Virus record (IMG/VR): IMGVR_UViG_3300032322_002570 | Location: 1 to 64,000 of that record | DNA from: a virus | Strand: one strand, 5' to 3' | DNA length: 64,000 bases | In this document: positions 51,383 to 61,370 of the stretch, piece after piece | How the letters are laid out: every line of letters starts with the position of its first letter | How positions within the stretch are numbered: the first letter of the stretch is position 1 | Position numbers and translations under genes: made by a program | The notes under the pieces: model-generated | What the model was told of the DNA's origin: nothing | Seen by the model: the letters and a program-made list of their open reading frames with translations, nothing else | Database searches by the model: none

Positions 51383-51802
51383 ATGGCTTCCCATCTACAG
51401 AACAACTTCATCGCTGACCTGGCGGCCGGCAACCTGATTCCCGGAACTCACGAGTTCAGGATGACACTGCACACGTCGGCATACACGCCAAACAAGGACC
51501 ATAATCGGTTCGACGATGTGACCAACCAGGTAGCCAATGGCAACGGTTACACCACTGGCGGTGAAATTGTCACAATGACAATCACCACTGATAACGCCAA
51601 CGACCGAACCAGTATCAGCTTCTCTGAGCCTAGCTGGGCTTCGGCAAGCTTTACTGCTCGCTACGGCGTGGTGCGCAGGGCCAGGGGTGGCGCCGCGTCT
51701 GCCGACGAATTGATTGCGACGCTGGACTTCGGTCAAGATGTTACCGCAACCAATGGAACTTTTGCTACGGATGAGACTGCGCCATTCTACATCAATAACT
51801 GA
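51383..51802 (+). CDS. Phage tail/virion protein
   Basis: LHTSAYTP...NGNGYTTGG...LDFGQD. Confidence 0.65.
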   Translation: MASHLQNNFIADLAAGNLIPGTHEFRMTLHTSAYTPNKDHNRFDDVTNQVANGNGYTTGGEIVTMTITTDNANDRTSISFSEPSWASASFTARYGVVRRARGGAASADELIATLDFGQDVTATNGTFATDETAPFYINN

Positions 51803-51804
51803 TA

Positions 51805-52632
51805 ATGGCGATCACAACCTTTGATCAGTACATCGGGGCCTACAAACAGCACATCCAGCTCGCCAAAACCAACACCGTGACGACGGTTGCGGGCCGGGAG
51901 TCTACACTGATTGACCGTGCCGGCTTTCCGGCTGCCGGGTCGTTGTCGCCGTCGCAGACAACCAACGGCGTTGTGCCAACTGATGCAACGACCGGGTTCC
52001 CCGCGATCCAGACGTTCCAGGGCAGCAACAAAGGTTATCTGAGCCGGGTGGAGGCTTACAGCAATGTGGCCTGCACACTGTTCCTGTTTGATCTGCTGTT
52101 CTGGGCTGGCGGCACGGTGATTCCCACGACGGGAACCACGACTGTCACCCTGTCGTCGCAGCCAGACTTTTCGGGCAGGCTGCCGCTTGATGGCGGTGGT
52201 GTCAACCCAGCATGGAATGAAACGGAGCTGTGGCTGCAGTCCAACGTTGCCTGGTCCAACCATGCTCACACGGCATCAGTTGACTACACCGATCAGGACA
52301 ACAATGCTGGAGCCAATACGGGCAACATCAGCACGCAGAACCGCGTTATCAACTCCATGATGCGGATGCCGTGGGCTTCTGGTGACTACGGCACCCGCAT
52401 GCTGGAAGGCTACAAGCTGAACGGCATTTCTTCTGCAGCGGGTCAAGTCACGGCAATGGTGCTGCGCCGGATTTGGGCAGGAAGGCTGCAGGCGAACCAG
52501 TACATGGTATTTGGCCCTGATCTGACCGGGATGCCGCAGGTATTCGATACCTCTGCATTGTTTGTCGCCTGCAACACTGATTCAACCACGTCACCTACAC
52601 CGACCCTGATCCTGGAGATCGCGGAGGGGTAA
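51805..52632 (+). CDS. Virion structural protein
   Basis: MAITT N-terminus; LFDLL...; located in the tail gene block. Confidence 0.55.
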   Translation: MAITTFDQYIGAYKQHIQLAKTNTVTTVAGRESTLIDRAGFPAAGSLSPSQTTNGVVPTDATTGFPAIQTFQGSNKGYLSRVEAYSNVACTLFLFDLLFWAGGTVIPTTGTTTVTLSSQPDFSGRLPLDGGGVNPAWNETELWLQSNVAWSNHAHTASVDYTDQDNNAGANTGNISTQNRVINSMMRMPWASGDYGTRMLEGYKLNGISSAAGQVTAMVLRRIWAGRLQANQYMVFGPDLTGMPQVFDTSALFVACNTDSTTSPTPTLILEIAEG

Positions 52633-52635
52633 GCC

Positions 52636-54732
52636 ATGGCCCTACGGGCGCGGCGTGGCATCCTCACCCGATCCAATCGGCGCAACTTTGCTGCGACCAC
52701 TGCGCCGGTTCGCCCTGGCGCCTGGAGTGATGTAGCTGAATCGCTGTTTGGGCGCATTGATGCGCTTGACGGCAGCGTAGTTGCGCAGTATTCCGGTGCT
52801 ACGGCCTCCACGACCGTCGGAAGCGTGAGTGCGGCCGGGGCCGGTACGGCGGGGTATTCAGTCGCATCCTCATCGACAACGCAAGGCCAATGGACAGCCA
52901 GTAGTGCTGTCAATGCCACTGGAGATTATGTCGGTGGCACCGCAGCAACGACGGCGTCCTCTTGGGCGGCCTTGGCCAGCGCAACAGCAGCCCACGCCGG
53001 GCCAGGCACTAGCGTTGCTGCGGCCATCAACGCGGCGACTGGCACCGCATCCGCGAGCTGGACTAGCGCGGCGACGGCAACAACGGCGGCAGGATGGACC
53101 GGATCGGCATCGGCCTCCGGCGACTATCTGGGCCCTGGTACAACGACGGCGCATGGTACTCACGCCGCTACGGGCGCGGCGACGGCAGGCCACATAGGTT
53201 CCGTCAACACCACGACGGCCGGCTCTTACTTGGGAGACGGAGCGGCCACTGCTCGGTACGACGGCTCCCAGGGCGAAGCGGTCGGCGGAACGTGGTCCGT
53301 CATCTTAAGCGGTACTGGCGGATACGAGGGCGCGAGCAATGCGGCAACCGCTGCATCTAACACAGCTACTGGCACTGCGGGTTCGCAACATACTGGCTCG
53401 ACATGCGAAACCGCACCAGGGACTAACACAGCAAGCGGCGGCGCTATCGCTGACTACACTGGCGCGGTTGTCGAAACGACGACAGGAACATACGCAGCCG
53501 CTGGTGGAACAGGGAACACTGGCGTCTATTCAGGCGGGGACACGGCGGCTCAGGATGCAGTATGGGAAGCCAGCGCTACTGCCGTCGGAAGCCACGGGGG
53601 TACATCAAGCAATACATCGAGCTGCGAATACGAGGCCAACGGCTCTGCGCTGGCAGTCTGCACAGGAGTAGCAGGTGGAACAGAGCAGGCCGAGTGGGTC
53701 ACGCGTGGCGATTGCCTGTCGGCGTGGGGCGGGGAGTCGGGTGCAATCACCGTCGGCGAATGGGTCGCCAATGGTGGTACTGGCTCCACGGGTGAATACG
53801 GAGGCACTGCTGGCACGGTAGTCGCCGGCTCCACGCAGGCATCCGGATCCGCATTGGCGCCGAGCCCTGGCAGCGAAGCCGACACTGGCAGTGGCGCATG
53901 GCAGGCCTCTGTATCGGTCTCAGCGGCATACCTGCCAATCGATTTGAACGTCAATGCCGCAGAGTGGAATAGCGCAGGGGCTGGGATAGCTGAGTACAGC
54001 GCTACTGGAGATGCCAGTGTCGCCCAAGCGAGTTGGACTGCTGGCGTGTCCTCCAACGCTGGATACGCGGGCGGGAGTACCACAACTTCGAGCGGCACGT
54101 GGAGCGTTGCCGGCGGCGCGTCGTCGTCCTTCAGTGGCACAGAGGCAGATACCACTCAGGCTAATTGGACGGCCGTGTCCACGAGTAACGGTCTTGGCGA
54201 ATACGTCGGCCCAGGAACTGCTGCATCAGCAGGGCAATGGTCGGCCATAGGAGGGGCGACGTCTAGTTCTGCCGGCTCGGAGACGACACCGATCGCGGCG
54301 GTATGGGGAGGGGCCGGAAGCGCTGCGCCGTCGTGGGCAGGGGATCAGGCTGCAATAGTCGGCGGCCAATACGCGGGACGGGTGCATCAACTAGCGATAT
54401 GGACTGGCTACCAGTCTTCGCCGGGAAGCGCCGCGTGGGCGGCTCACGGCAGTGCAGTCGCTACTCACAGTGGTGCAAACAGGTCGACCGAGTATGCCGT
54501 ATGGATTGCGGAATGCGATGCCATCGCAGCATTCGGTGGTGATACAGCCCTCGTGTGGCCGGCAGAATGGGTCTCGACGGCGACAGGTAGCACAATACTG
54601 TACTGGTACGACAGTAATCTGGACGAATGGAGGCCGGGATCTCTGATGAGATGGAGTACGGCGAGGGGCGCGTGGGAGAACGCCGAATGTCGCGCATTCT
54701 CTGGTGGTGAGTGGCGTTCTGTTAGCGGCTGA
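52636..54732 (+). CDS. Ala/Gly/Thr/Ser-rich fibre protein with ~22-aa repeats
   Basis: Units such as YLGPGTTTAHGTHAATGAATAG / HIGSVNTTTAGSYLGDGAATAR / YDGSQGEAVGGTWSVILSGTGG. Confidence 0.7.
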   Translation: MALRARRGILTRSNRRNFAATTAPVRPGAWSDVAESLFGRIDALDGSVVAQYSGATASTTVGSVSAAGAGTAGYSVASSSTTQGQWTASSAVNATGDYVGGTAATTASSWAALASATAAHAGPGTSVAAAINAATGTASASWTSAATATTAAGWTGSASASGDYLGPGTTTAHGTHAATGAATAGHIGSVNTTTAGSYLGDGAATARYDGSQGEAVGGTWSVILSGTGGYEGASNAATAASNTATGTAGSQHTGSTCETAPGTNTASGGAIADYTGAVVETTTGTYAAAGGTGNTGVYSGGDTAAQDAVWEASATAVGSHGGTSSNTSSCEYEANGSALAVCTGVAGGTEQAEWVTRGDCLSAWGGESGAITVGEWVANGGTGSTGEYGGTAGTVVAGSTQASGSALAPSPGSEADTGSGAWQASVSVSAAYLPIDLNVNAAEWNSAGAGIAEYSATGDASVAQASWTAGVSSNAGYAGGSTTTSSGTWSVAGGASSSFSGTEADTTQANWTAVSTSNGLGEYVGPGTAASAGQWSAIGGATSSSAGSETTPIAAVWGGAGSAAPSWAGDQAAIVGGQYAGRVHQLAIWTGYQSSPGSAAWAAHGSAVATHSGANRSTEYAVWIAECDAIAAFGGDTALVWPAEWVSTATGSTILYWYDSNLDEWRPGSLMRWSTARGAWENAECRAFSGGEWRSVSG

Positions 54733-54769
54733 ACTCGGTAAAAGGAATACTATGTAAAACACTCCGTCA

Positions 54770-55075
54770 ATGCCACAGAAAAAGAAGCGCTCCACCGCAA
54801 GCTTCTACGCCAACAACCCTGAGGCGTACAAGAAGAAGCTCGCCTACGACAAGAAGCGCAACGCCAGGCCGGATCGCAAGGAGTATCGGGCGGAACTTGC
54901 TGCTGAAAGGCGGGCGCGTGGGTTGATGGGCAAGTCGGGCCCCGATGTCAGCCACACCAAAGGCGGTGGCTTCAAACTCGAGGATCCATCAAAGAACAGG
55001 GCTCGAAACGGGCATGGCGACAACGGCCGGCTGGCGTCAGGTAAAGGCACCCGCAAGTCCAAGCCCAGGAAGTAA
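54770..55075 (+). CDS. Small basic protein with minimal HNH-like motif
   Basis: DVSHTKGG...EDPSKNRARNG. Confidence 0.55.
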   Translation: MPQKKKRSTASFYANNPEAYKKKLAYDKKRNARPDRKEYRAELAAERRARGLMGKSGPDVSHTKGGGFKLEDPSKNRARNGHGDNGRLASGKGTRKSKPRK

Positions 55076-55597
55076 TCAGCACTCCCTGACTGGCGCGAAC
55101 TCGCCGAAGAAGCGTAGCTCCGCGCAGCGCCTCGCGGCGATGGCTTCGTCGACGGAGGAGAAACTGCCAATATATTCCTCCCTGCCATTCTTCTTGATTC
55201 TCACCCGCCACTTTCCGTGGTACAGCCTGATACCAGTGAAGCCGGAGGAGTTATTGCTCTGCAAGTTTACCCTGTTCCTATTGTTCTCCGCGTGACTAGC
55301 CAGTCTAAGGTTCTCCGGCCTATTGTCCCATGGCTTGCCATTGACGTGATCGATCTCTAGACTGCCAGGGTTCCCGCCGTTGTATAGCGCCCAGACGATA
55401 CGATGGTTTTGATATAGCCTGAATTGAAAGCGGACCTGCCAATAGCCATCCTTTCGAAGGGTCCCGGCAGGGTCGCCCGGCCTCATCTTACCCCTCGCTA
55501 CCGCATAGACCAGGCCGCTCGGGCCCTCGCTGTCCACGCGAAAGGTCTCGCCGAGGATTCTTAGTAGCTCTCCCTCCAGTGGCATCGCGTCTCTCAT
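55076..55597 (-). CDS. HNH-AP2 homing endonuclease
   Basis: HRIVW...IDHVNG..DNRPENLRLASHAENNRN; AP2 domain NSSGFTG...YIGSFSSVDEAIAAR. Confidence 0.88.
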   Translation of the reverse strand: MRDAMPLEGELLRILGETFRVDSEGPSGLVYAVARGKMRPGDPAGTLRKDGYWQVRFQFRLYQNHRIVWALYNGGNPGSLEIDHVNGKPWDNRPENLRLASHAENNRNRVNLQSNNSSGFTGIRLYHGKWRVRIKKNGREEYIGSFSSVDEAIAARRCAELRFFGEFAPVREC

Positions 55598-55673
55598 CCT
55601 GTTCGCGCCAAGGGGTACAAGCCTATCTTACCACACTGATGCGGAAGACTAAGGAGTCCCCGCCAGGCCAGGC

Positions 55674-55973
55674 ATGGAGCATCCGTTCGCCGGGATGGTC
55701 ATCAGGTTTGTCTTGGTGGTCTATACCGTGACTATCGCAACCTCGGTGTACGACGTAGTGCGTTGTAGCGCAACTGCATCTAACGCATGTATTGCAGAAC
55801 GTGCTGCGCTGATTGAGGTGTCGAACCAGGTGCCGATGGTGCTATTCGCCTGGCTGGCTGATTCGCCGCTGAGCGGTAGAGGATCAGAAAAGAAACCGAC
55901 CGAGAGGAAGGTGCCGGTACCCAGAAAAAAGCAGGACGACGACCCCCGAAACAATCCGGAGCCGATGGGATGA
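55674..55973 (+). CDS. Membrane protein, possible holin
   Basis: Two hydrophobic segments and a charged C-tail; upstream of the endolysin. Confidence 0.4.
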   Translation: MEHPFAGMVIRFVLVVYTVTIATSVYDVVRCSATASNACIAERAALIEVSNQVPMVLFAWLADSPLSGRGSEKKPTERKVPVPRKKQDDDPRNNPEPMG

Positions 55974-56277
55974 TGATCATGCCTTCCAAGTTTTTCAGGC
56001 TTACGACTTTTTCGCGTCCGGCGAAAAAGCTTGTGCGGAAAATCAGCGGACTGCTTCAGTCGGAGGAAGCAGCACTTAGACCATACCTGCCTGGCATCTT
56101 TCAGTACATCGATCGCTCGATGCCAGGCATGCTGACTAATGCCGACGGCTATGAAGTCTACGAGCTCATTGCTCGCGGCATTCAGCGCGAAACCGGTCGC
56201 CGCGCAAAAGCGTCAGAGGTGCGAATCGTCACAAGACTGTACGACCCAATCGTCGCCGCCGCAAAGGTGTTCATCCA

Positions 56278-56694
56278 ATGAGCGAGGGACTGACCAGGGA
56301 AGAGGTATCCAGGATTGACGCGGCCGACCTGTACCACAGATTGGGCAAGCTCGAGGGCCTGATTGAGCTCAACAGCAAGACTCACCTGGCAACGCAGGAG
56401 CAGCTCCAGGTGCTCGCGAGCGCACTGTCGACCCTGCAGGCAAAGCAATCAAGCCTAGAGGCAGCAATGGACTCCAACCGCGCGGTATCGAGCGCCGGCT
56501 ACGAAGGCCTGAAATCGATAGTCATTCCAATCGCGGCGATCATCGTCACATACATCGTCGCTCGCGGCACAACGCCGCCATGCCAAAACCACAGCAATCC
56601 AAGGATTGCTCCCACACTACCCAGGGTGACTCCAATTGTTGACTGGAGACCAAGTAGCGGAACTTGCCCTGAAGTACGGCGCAAGATGGCCTGA
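56278..56694 (+). CDS. Coiled-coil plus TM protein, possible lysis accessory
   Basis: Coiled coil followed by IVIPIAAIIVTYIV; adjacent to the endolysin. Confidence 0.45.
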   Translation: MSEGLTREEVSRIDAADLYHRLGKLEGLIELNSKTHLATQEQLQVLASALSTLQAKQSSLEAAMDSNRAVSSAGYEGLKSIVIPIAAIIVTYIVARGTTPPCQNHSNPRIAPTLPRVTPIVDWRPSSGTCPEVRRKMA

Positions 56695-57709
56695 GCTCGT
56701 AAGGGCCCAGTGGCAGGTCGAGTCCGGTGGGGGCAAGTATCTTGCTGCGCGAAACAATCTGTTTGGGCTCAAGAGTTCAACAGGAACTCCTGCGGAAACA
56801 ACCGAGTACGAGAACGGCGTTCCGATTACAATCACAGACAATTTCAAGGAATTCGAGTCGCAGGAAGAGTGCATACGCTACCTGGTTGAAAAGTGGTATA
56901 AGGACTACAAGGGGTATAAGGGCGTTAATAATGCGGCAAGTGCAGAAGATGCAGCGAGGATGCTCCAGTCGGAAGGATATGCTACGGACCCAGACTATGC
57001 CAGCAAGCTGATCAAGGCAATGCCCGCTGCACAAACTCGCGCAAGCCTATACAATGCCGTCCTGCACTTTGAAGGACTGCCGCATCAGATTGACGCGCTC
57101 AAAAAGCTTGACGCTTCGCTGACACCGCAACAAGCCGAGGAATTCACCAGGAATTGGCGCAAGCAGGTCAGACCAAAGTTTCCGCTGGCGGTGCCTTACT
57201 TCTACCAGTCAGACAGCAAGACGGGACAGGGCCAGCGGATGTGTCAGGCCAGCGCTATTGCATCCAGGGTGAAACGCATTGCTCCGGATATAATCAAGGA
57301 CGACGACGACTATCTCAAGGTTGTCAATCGCTTCGGCGACACCGTGTCTCAGCAGGCGCACCAGGCGGCGCTTGCACATCTTGGGCTGAAGGCTGAATTC
57401 AGGACCAATGGCAGTGAAAAGCTTCTACTGAGCCTGCTGGACGATCTTGTAGACGTGCCCATCGGCGTACTGCACAAGGGGCATGTTTCCAATCCTGTCG
57501 GCGGCGGGCATTGGATCGACGTGATTGGCTACGACTCTAAGTACTTCCACGTGCATGATCCATTCGGCGAGATGGACGTCGTGAATGGCGGTTATGTGAA
57601 GACAGGGCCAACTGACGGGAAGAACCAGCGCTACACGCGCAAGAACCTGTTGAAGCGCTGGTTGATCAGTTCAAATTCGGATGGCTGGTTGTGGATCATT
57701 CGCAAGTAA
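56636..57709 (+). CDS. Endolysin: GH73 glucosaminidase + C39-like peptidase
   Basis: AQWQVESG..NNLFGLK..GYATDPDY; VPYFYQ..RMC..GGGHW...VHDPFG. Confidence 0.88.
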   Translation: MLTGDQVAELALKYGARWPELVRAQWQVESGGGKYLAARNNLFGLKSSTGTPAETTEYENGVPITITDNFKEFESQEECIRYLVEKWYKDYKGYKGVNNAASAEDAARMLQSEGYATDPDYASKLIKAMPAAQTRASLYNAVLHFEGLPHQIDALKKLDASLTPQQAEEFTRNWRKQVRPKFPLAVPYFYQSDSKTGQGQRMCQASAIASRVKRIAPDIIKDDDDYLKVVNRFGDTVSQQAHQAALAHLGLKAEFRTNGSEKLLLSLLDDLVDVPIGVLHKGHVSNPVGGGHWIDVIGYDSKYFHVHDPFGEMDVVNGGYVKTGPTDGKNQRYTRKNLLKRWLISSNSDGWLWIIRK

Positions 57710-58348
57710 TCCTGTGGTTTCTGCCTGGGTACATGTTTGACGGCCATAGGATCGTCAGCACTGGCGTAGCGCTGCCCGCGACTCAGCATATCAATCCCAA
57801 GACTGGACGCCTCATGTACTACGTCCGCCCTTTGTTCGAAGGTGGCGCCGGAGTCGGACTCTACGTCAGCCACGACGGTCTGGTGAAGGCCCTGGGCGGC
57901 TATACGGACGCCTCTTCGCCGCCGGACTCCTCATCCTCACCAGCGTCATAGGACAGACCTGGGATGCTCTCCACGACGCCGCGTAGGTAGGCGTGCACCC
58001 GGGCCGGCTCCCAGCCGTGCTGGTTTACCAGGACCATCCCGATCTGGTTCAGGGCCACCGTGTGGCCGACCGTCCAGAGGCGACGCTGGATGGCGTCGTC
58101 CCTGATAACGGAGGCCTGCTGGATCACGCCGAGTTCCGACAGGTCTTGGCTCTGCTCGGCAAGCAATCGCGAGTGTTCAGCCCTCTCTCGATCCAGGGCG
58201 AACATCAGCCACTTGGCAAACGCCTGGATGCCAGCAATTAGCGCACCGAAGAAGAGTGACGTGACTGCAGAGACCGCGCGATGCAGCATGATCAGCAGCA
58301 GGATCAACGACCCAAAGATCGATCCGACGGCCCTGAACAGAAAAGCTC

Positions 58349-60133
58349 TCAATTCAACAGCCTCCTGGCCTTCACAACGGCGGGATGATTGATGGTATCG
58401 TCGCCCTTGAGGGTGCACGTGTTGTAGTCGATCTGGATGATCGAACGGTCCACGCTTCCGCCTCTGACGGGTCTCATGGTAGGGTTCCCGCTGGCGTCGC
58501 TACCCCAGATTATCTGGCCCTCCCTGACCTTATCGTGCCAGATTTCTATCATGTTTTCGGACGGTTCTCCGCCCTGTACTGGGCGCTTCCTGCACAGCCA
58601 GACGCAGTGCGCATTATGCGCAAGCACGTCGGTGCCTCTGATCTGTGACTGCGTTGGTGGCGGTGGCTCTTGTCCTTTTGCCCAGTACGTGGCATCATCC
58701 AGCTTTTCCCTATTCATTTGGCAGGTCAGGATCAGGTCGACGGCTAATTCTTTGCAGACAGCGTCCAGGATCTCGGCGCGCTCTGACAGCATCGCCGTCT
58801 CGTCCCTCGGGGCGCCCTTGTGTCGCTTGATCGCATGGAAGTGGTCGATGACGACCACACGCAGCTCTGGACGACGTGCCTTGATCACCCTGATCGACTG
58901 TGCTATGGCATGTGCGCACGGCTTCTGAGGCGCCTCCGTCAGAAGCCGGCCACCGGACGCCTTCATCTCTTCAGCCATCGCCATGAGTACCCTCTCGAGG
59001 CCGGGCTTCGGCAGCAGCCTGTGGTAGATCAGTTCGGTTGCATCCACGTAGCCAATACCGTCAGAAGCGTTGGACCAGTGGACGCCGGAAACTCCAACCG
59101 TCTTCCTGACCAGCGATGCAAACAGGCGTGCCTCCGTCGCCTCTCTTTCGAGCTCGGCGGAGATGAAGGCGACCGTCGCGCCACCAAGGACGATCGATGT
59201 GGCAGCGTGCGAGGCCAGGGCCGTCTTGCCGACTGCGGGCCTAGCAGCCAGCAGCAGCATGCGATACTTGTGCTGCGCAGGGCCGTGCGGCATGACGCCT
59301 CCACCGCAGTCCAGGTCCATCGCGTAGACGCCAGTAGAGATGGGGCGCTGGGGTTTACGTTCTTTCATAATCGAATCGATCCAGTTATCGGCACCGTCGA
59401 CCGGTTGGCCGACGATGGAGTCGATCGCGTCAACGAAGCGACCTTGGGAGCCGATCGTGCCGCGAACAATCCCAAGGCACTCGGTTGAACGGTGCTGTAG
59501 AAACTCCAGCGCGTCCTCAAGTTTGGACTCGGCGCGAATGTTTTGCTTGGCGACGTGCAGCGTATCCAGGTACAGGGCCCTGACGCGAAAGCGCTTCAGC
59601 ACGTCGAGCGCGGTGTCCCACTCGGTGTCCGGGTCGCCATAGGACTCCATCAGGGATGGGTCTGCCAGTTCGTGGATGGCCTGGCTGAAGTCCGTGACAG
59701 GGACGATCCTGGAGGCCTCCTGGCGCATCGTGTACGCCACCGCCAGGGAGTCTCTGGAGATCACGCTGGTGTCCGACTGGCCGATGAAGACCATGTCTAT
59801 CTCGTGGGCGATGGCTCTAAATCTTGCGTCGCTCCACAGGACGGGCGGTACTGACTGGTCGAGCATCACGCCGAAGGCGGATCTAAGGGCAGCCCAGAGC
59901 TCACGGGCACGCGCCGAGGAGGACGCCAAGACGCGGGACAGGACGATCGCCTCCTGCGGCGTCGTGTCTTCGCGCTCCTGGACGCTGCTGGGTTGTAGCT
60001 TGTCGACAATCCTGGCAACCTCCATCGCCGACAGGTGGCCGCCGTCGGAGGTTGATCTCAGGCCGTGTTCCGTCTGCTCCAGCAGCCCAAGCTCGATAGC
60101 CTTCTGGATGTAGTACGGAAGTTCTTCACTCAT
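58349..60133 (-). CDS. DnaB-like replicative helicase
   Basis: ARPAVGKT, FISAE, VVVIDH, CQMNR, IRGT. Confidence 0.88.
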   Translation of the reverse strand: MSEELPYYIQKAIELGLLEQTEHGLRSTSDGGHLSAMEVARIVDKLQPSSVQEREDTTPQEAIVLSRVLASSSARARELWAALRSAFGVMLDQSVPPVLWSDARFRAIAHEIDMVFIGQSDTSVISRDSLAVAYTMRQEASRIVPVTDFSQAIHELADPSLMESYGDPDTEWDTALDVLKRFRVRALYLDTLHVAKQNIRAESKLEDALEFLQHRSTECLGIVRGTIGSQGRFVDAIDSIVGQPVDGADNWIDSIMKERKPQRPISTGVYAMDLDCGGGVMPHGPAQHKYRMLLLAARPAVGKTALASHAATSIVLGGATVAFISAELEREATEARLFASLVRKTVGVSGVHWSNASDGIGYVDATELIYHRLLPKPGLERVLMAMAEEMKASGGRLLTEAPQKPCAHAIAQSIRVIKARRPELRVVVIDHFHAIKRHKGAPRDETAMLSERAEILDAVCKELAVDLILTCQMNREKLDDATYWAKGQEPPPPTQSQIRGTDVLAHNAHCVWLCRKRPVQGGEPSENMIEIWHDKVREGQIIWGSDASGNPTMRPVRGGSVDRSIIQIDYNTCTLKGDDTINHPAVVKARRLLN

Positions 60134-61098
60134 CGCGCTCGTCCTCTTGCGTTGTCGTCGTCGTAGGCGGGAGCCGGAGGGTCAACTTCCGGGTTCAGCG
60201 TCGGGTCGGGCCAGGCACAGTTGGGGACCTGTGGGAAGCGGCGCCGGAGGCGTTGGGGGTCGAACCCGGCGTCCAGCACGGCCTGGCAAGCGTTGACGAC
60301 GCGAAGCTTGTGGCCCTGTCTCACGGCACCGAGGTCGAACGCCTGAGCATAGGCGAACTGGGCTGCGATGTACTCACTGATCACGGGGCGCAGGTGGCCA
60401 GGGTAGACCGTGTGCTTCAGCCTTGGGGCGGCACGCTCTGGCTTCGAGCCCGAGGCGGCGCCCTTCTCGTACAGGCTCAAGACGTTGGCCCGCTTGCGGT
60501 CGGTCGGACGGTTCAGGCCTGTGATCGACGCCAGGGTCTTGTTGCTGTTCTGCTCAAGCCAGAACTCGGACGACTCGACGCCAACCGCTATCCCCTGGAA
60601 GAAACGCTCGTAGTCGTAGGGCTCCAGCCCAAGGTCGCTCATGTGACTGTTCACCGCTTTCGCCAGGCTATCCGGCACGACCCGGAGGCTCGAGTAGCCC
60701 AGGGGCTTCAGGCGGTTCCAGGCATCAGCAAGCTCCGCCTTCGGGTCCCTTCCGGAGGTCAGCAGTGGCGCCGACACAGCCAGGCTGCTCTCGAGGTTGA
60801 ACCGCAGGAACTTAGCGGCCCTGGTGAGCGGCTGGAGCTCGATCCTGGTGGCGGAGATCATCCTGACCAGCCCCAGGTCTCTCAGGTCGCGCATGGCGGC
60901 CTGGCGTGAGTTCCGGTGCAGCCCAACCAGGGCGTCAAGCTCGGCGCCGCCATGAAGCTCGTCGGTCCCCAGCAGGATCAGCGAGATCAGTAGGAGCTTC
61001 GGGACAGGCCTGAGGTCCGGGCAGTAGGCGACCAGGCGCATGATCGCGTTGTCCGGTTCGTGGTGCCAGTCGACGGCGCGACAGACGCTGAAGGGCAT
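60130..61098 (-). CDS. Putative replication initiator (N-terminal winged HTH)
   Basis: KLLLISL...ELDALVGLHRNSRQAAMRDLRDLGLV; coupled to the helicase; next to the AT-rich tract; start ATG 61098 lies downstream of the promoter motif at 61119. Confidence 0.55.
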   Translation of the reverse strand: MPFSVCRAVDWHHEPDNAIMRLVAYCPDLRPVPKLLLISLILLGTDELHGGAELDALVGLHRNSRQAAMRDLRDLGLVRMISATRIELQPLTRAAKFLRFNLESSLAVSAPLLTSGRDPKAELADAWNRLKPLGYSSLRVVPDSLAKAVNSHMSDLGLEPYDYERFFQGIAVGVESSEFWLEQNSNKTLASITGLNRPTDRKRANVLSLYEKGAASGSKPERAAPRLKHTVYPGHLRPVISEYIAAQFAYAQAFDLGAVRQGHKLRVVNACQAVLDAGFDPQRLRRRFPQVPNCAWPDPTLNPEVDPPAPAYDDDNARGRAR

Positions 61099-61217
61099 GG
61101 GGGCTCGGCGAGGACTGAACCATAGCACCTAAACGCACCCTGGCGGTCGGCGGGTCGTCAGTGGGACGGTTTACAGGGTGTCTGCCGGGTCGTCAGAAAG
61201 AGGGGTGTGTCTTGGGA

Positions 61218-61370
61218 CATTAAGAATGTATTCGGGAGAACTACTACCTAGAAGAACTACTACCCTTAGATAACCTATAAGGGAACTATACACTTTTAGA
61301 CAATAATACCCTATAACGCAGTAATATACTCTTCTTATCTTCTAATGTTTCTTATATCCTGAATACTACT
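61218..61370. other. AT-rich putative replication origin
   Basis: AGAACTACTACC twice; TACCCT; CAATAATACCCT (61301) shared with 13697; flanked by GTATTCGGGA/TCCTGAATAC; upstream of initiator-helicase. Confidence 0.55.

Noticed and set aside
61236-61312. CRISPR-like mini-array
   Set aside because: Repeats are about 12 bp with no regular spacers; no cas genes
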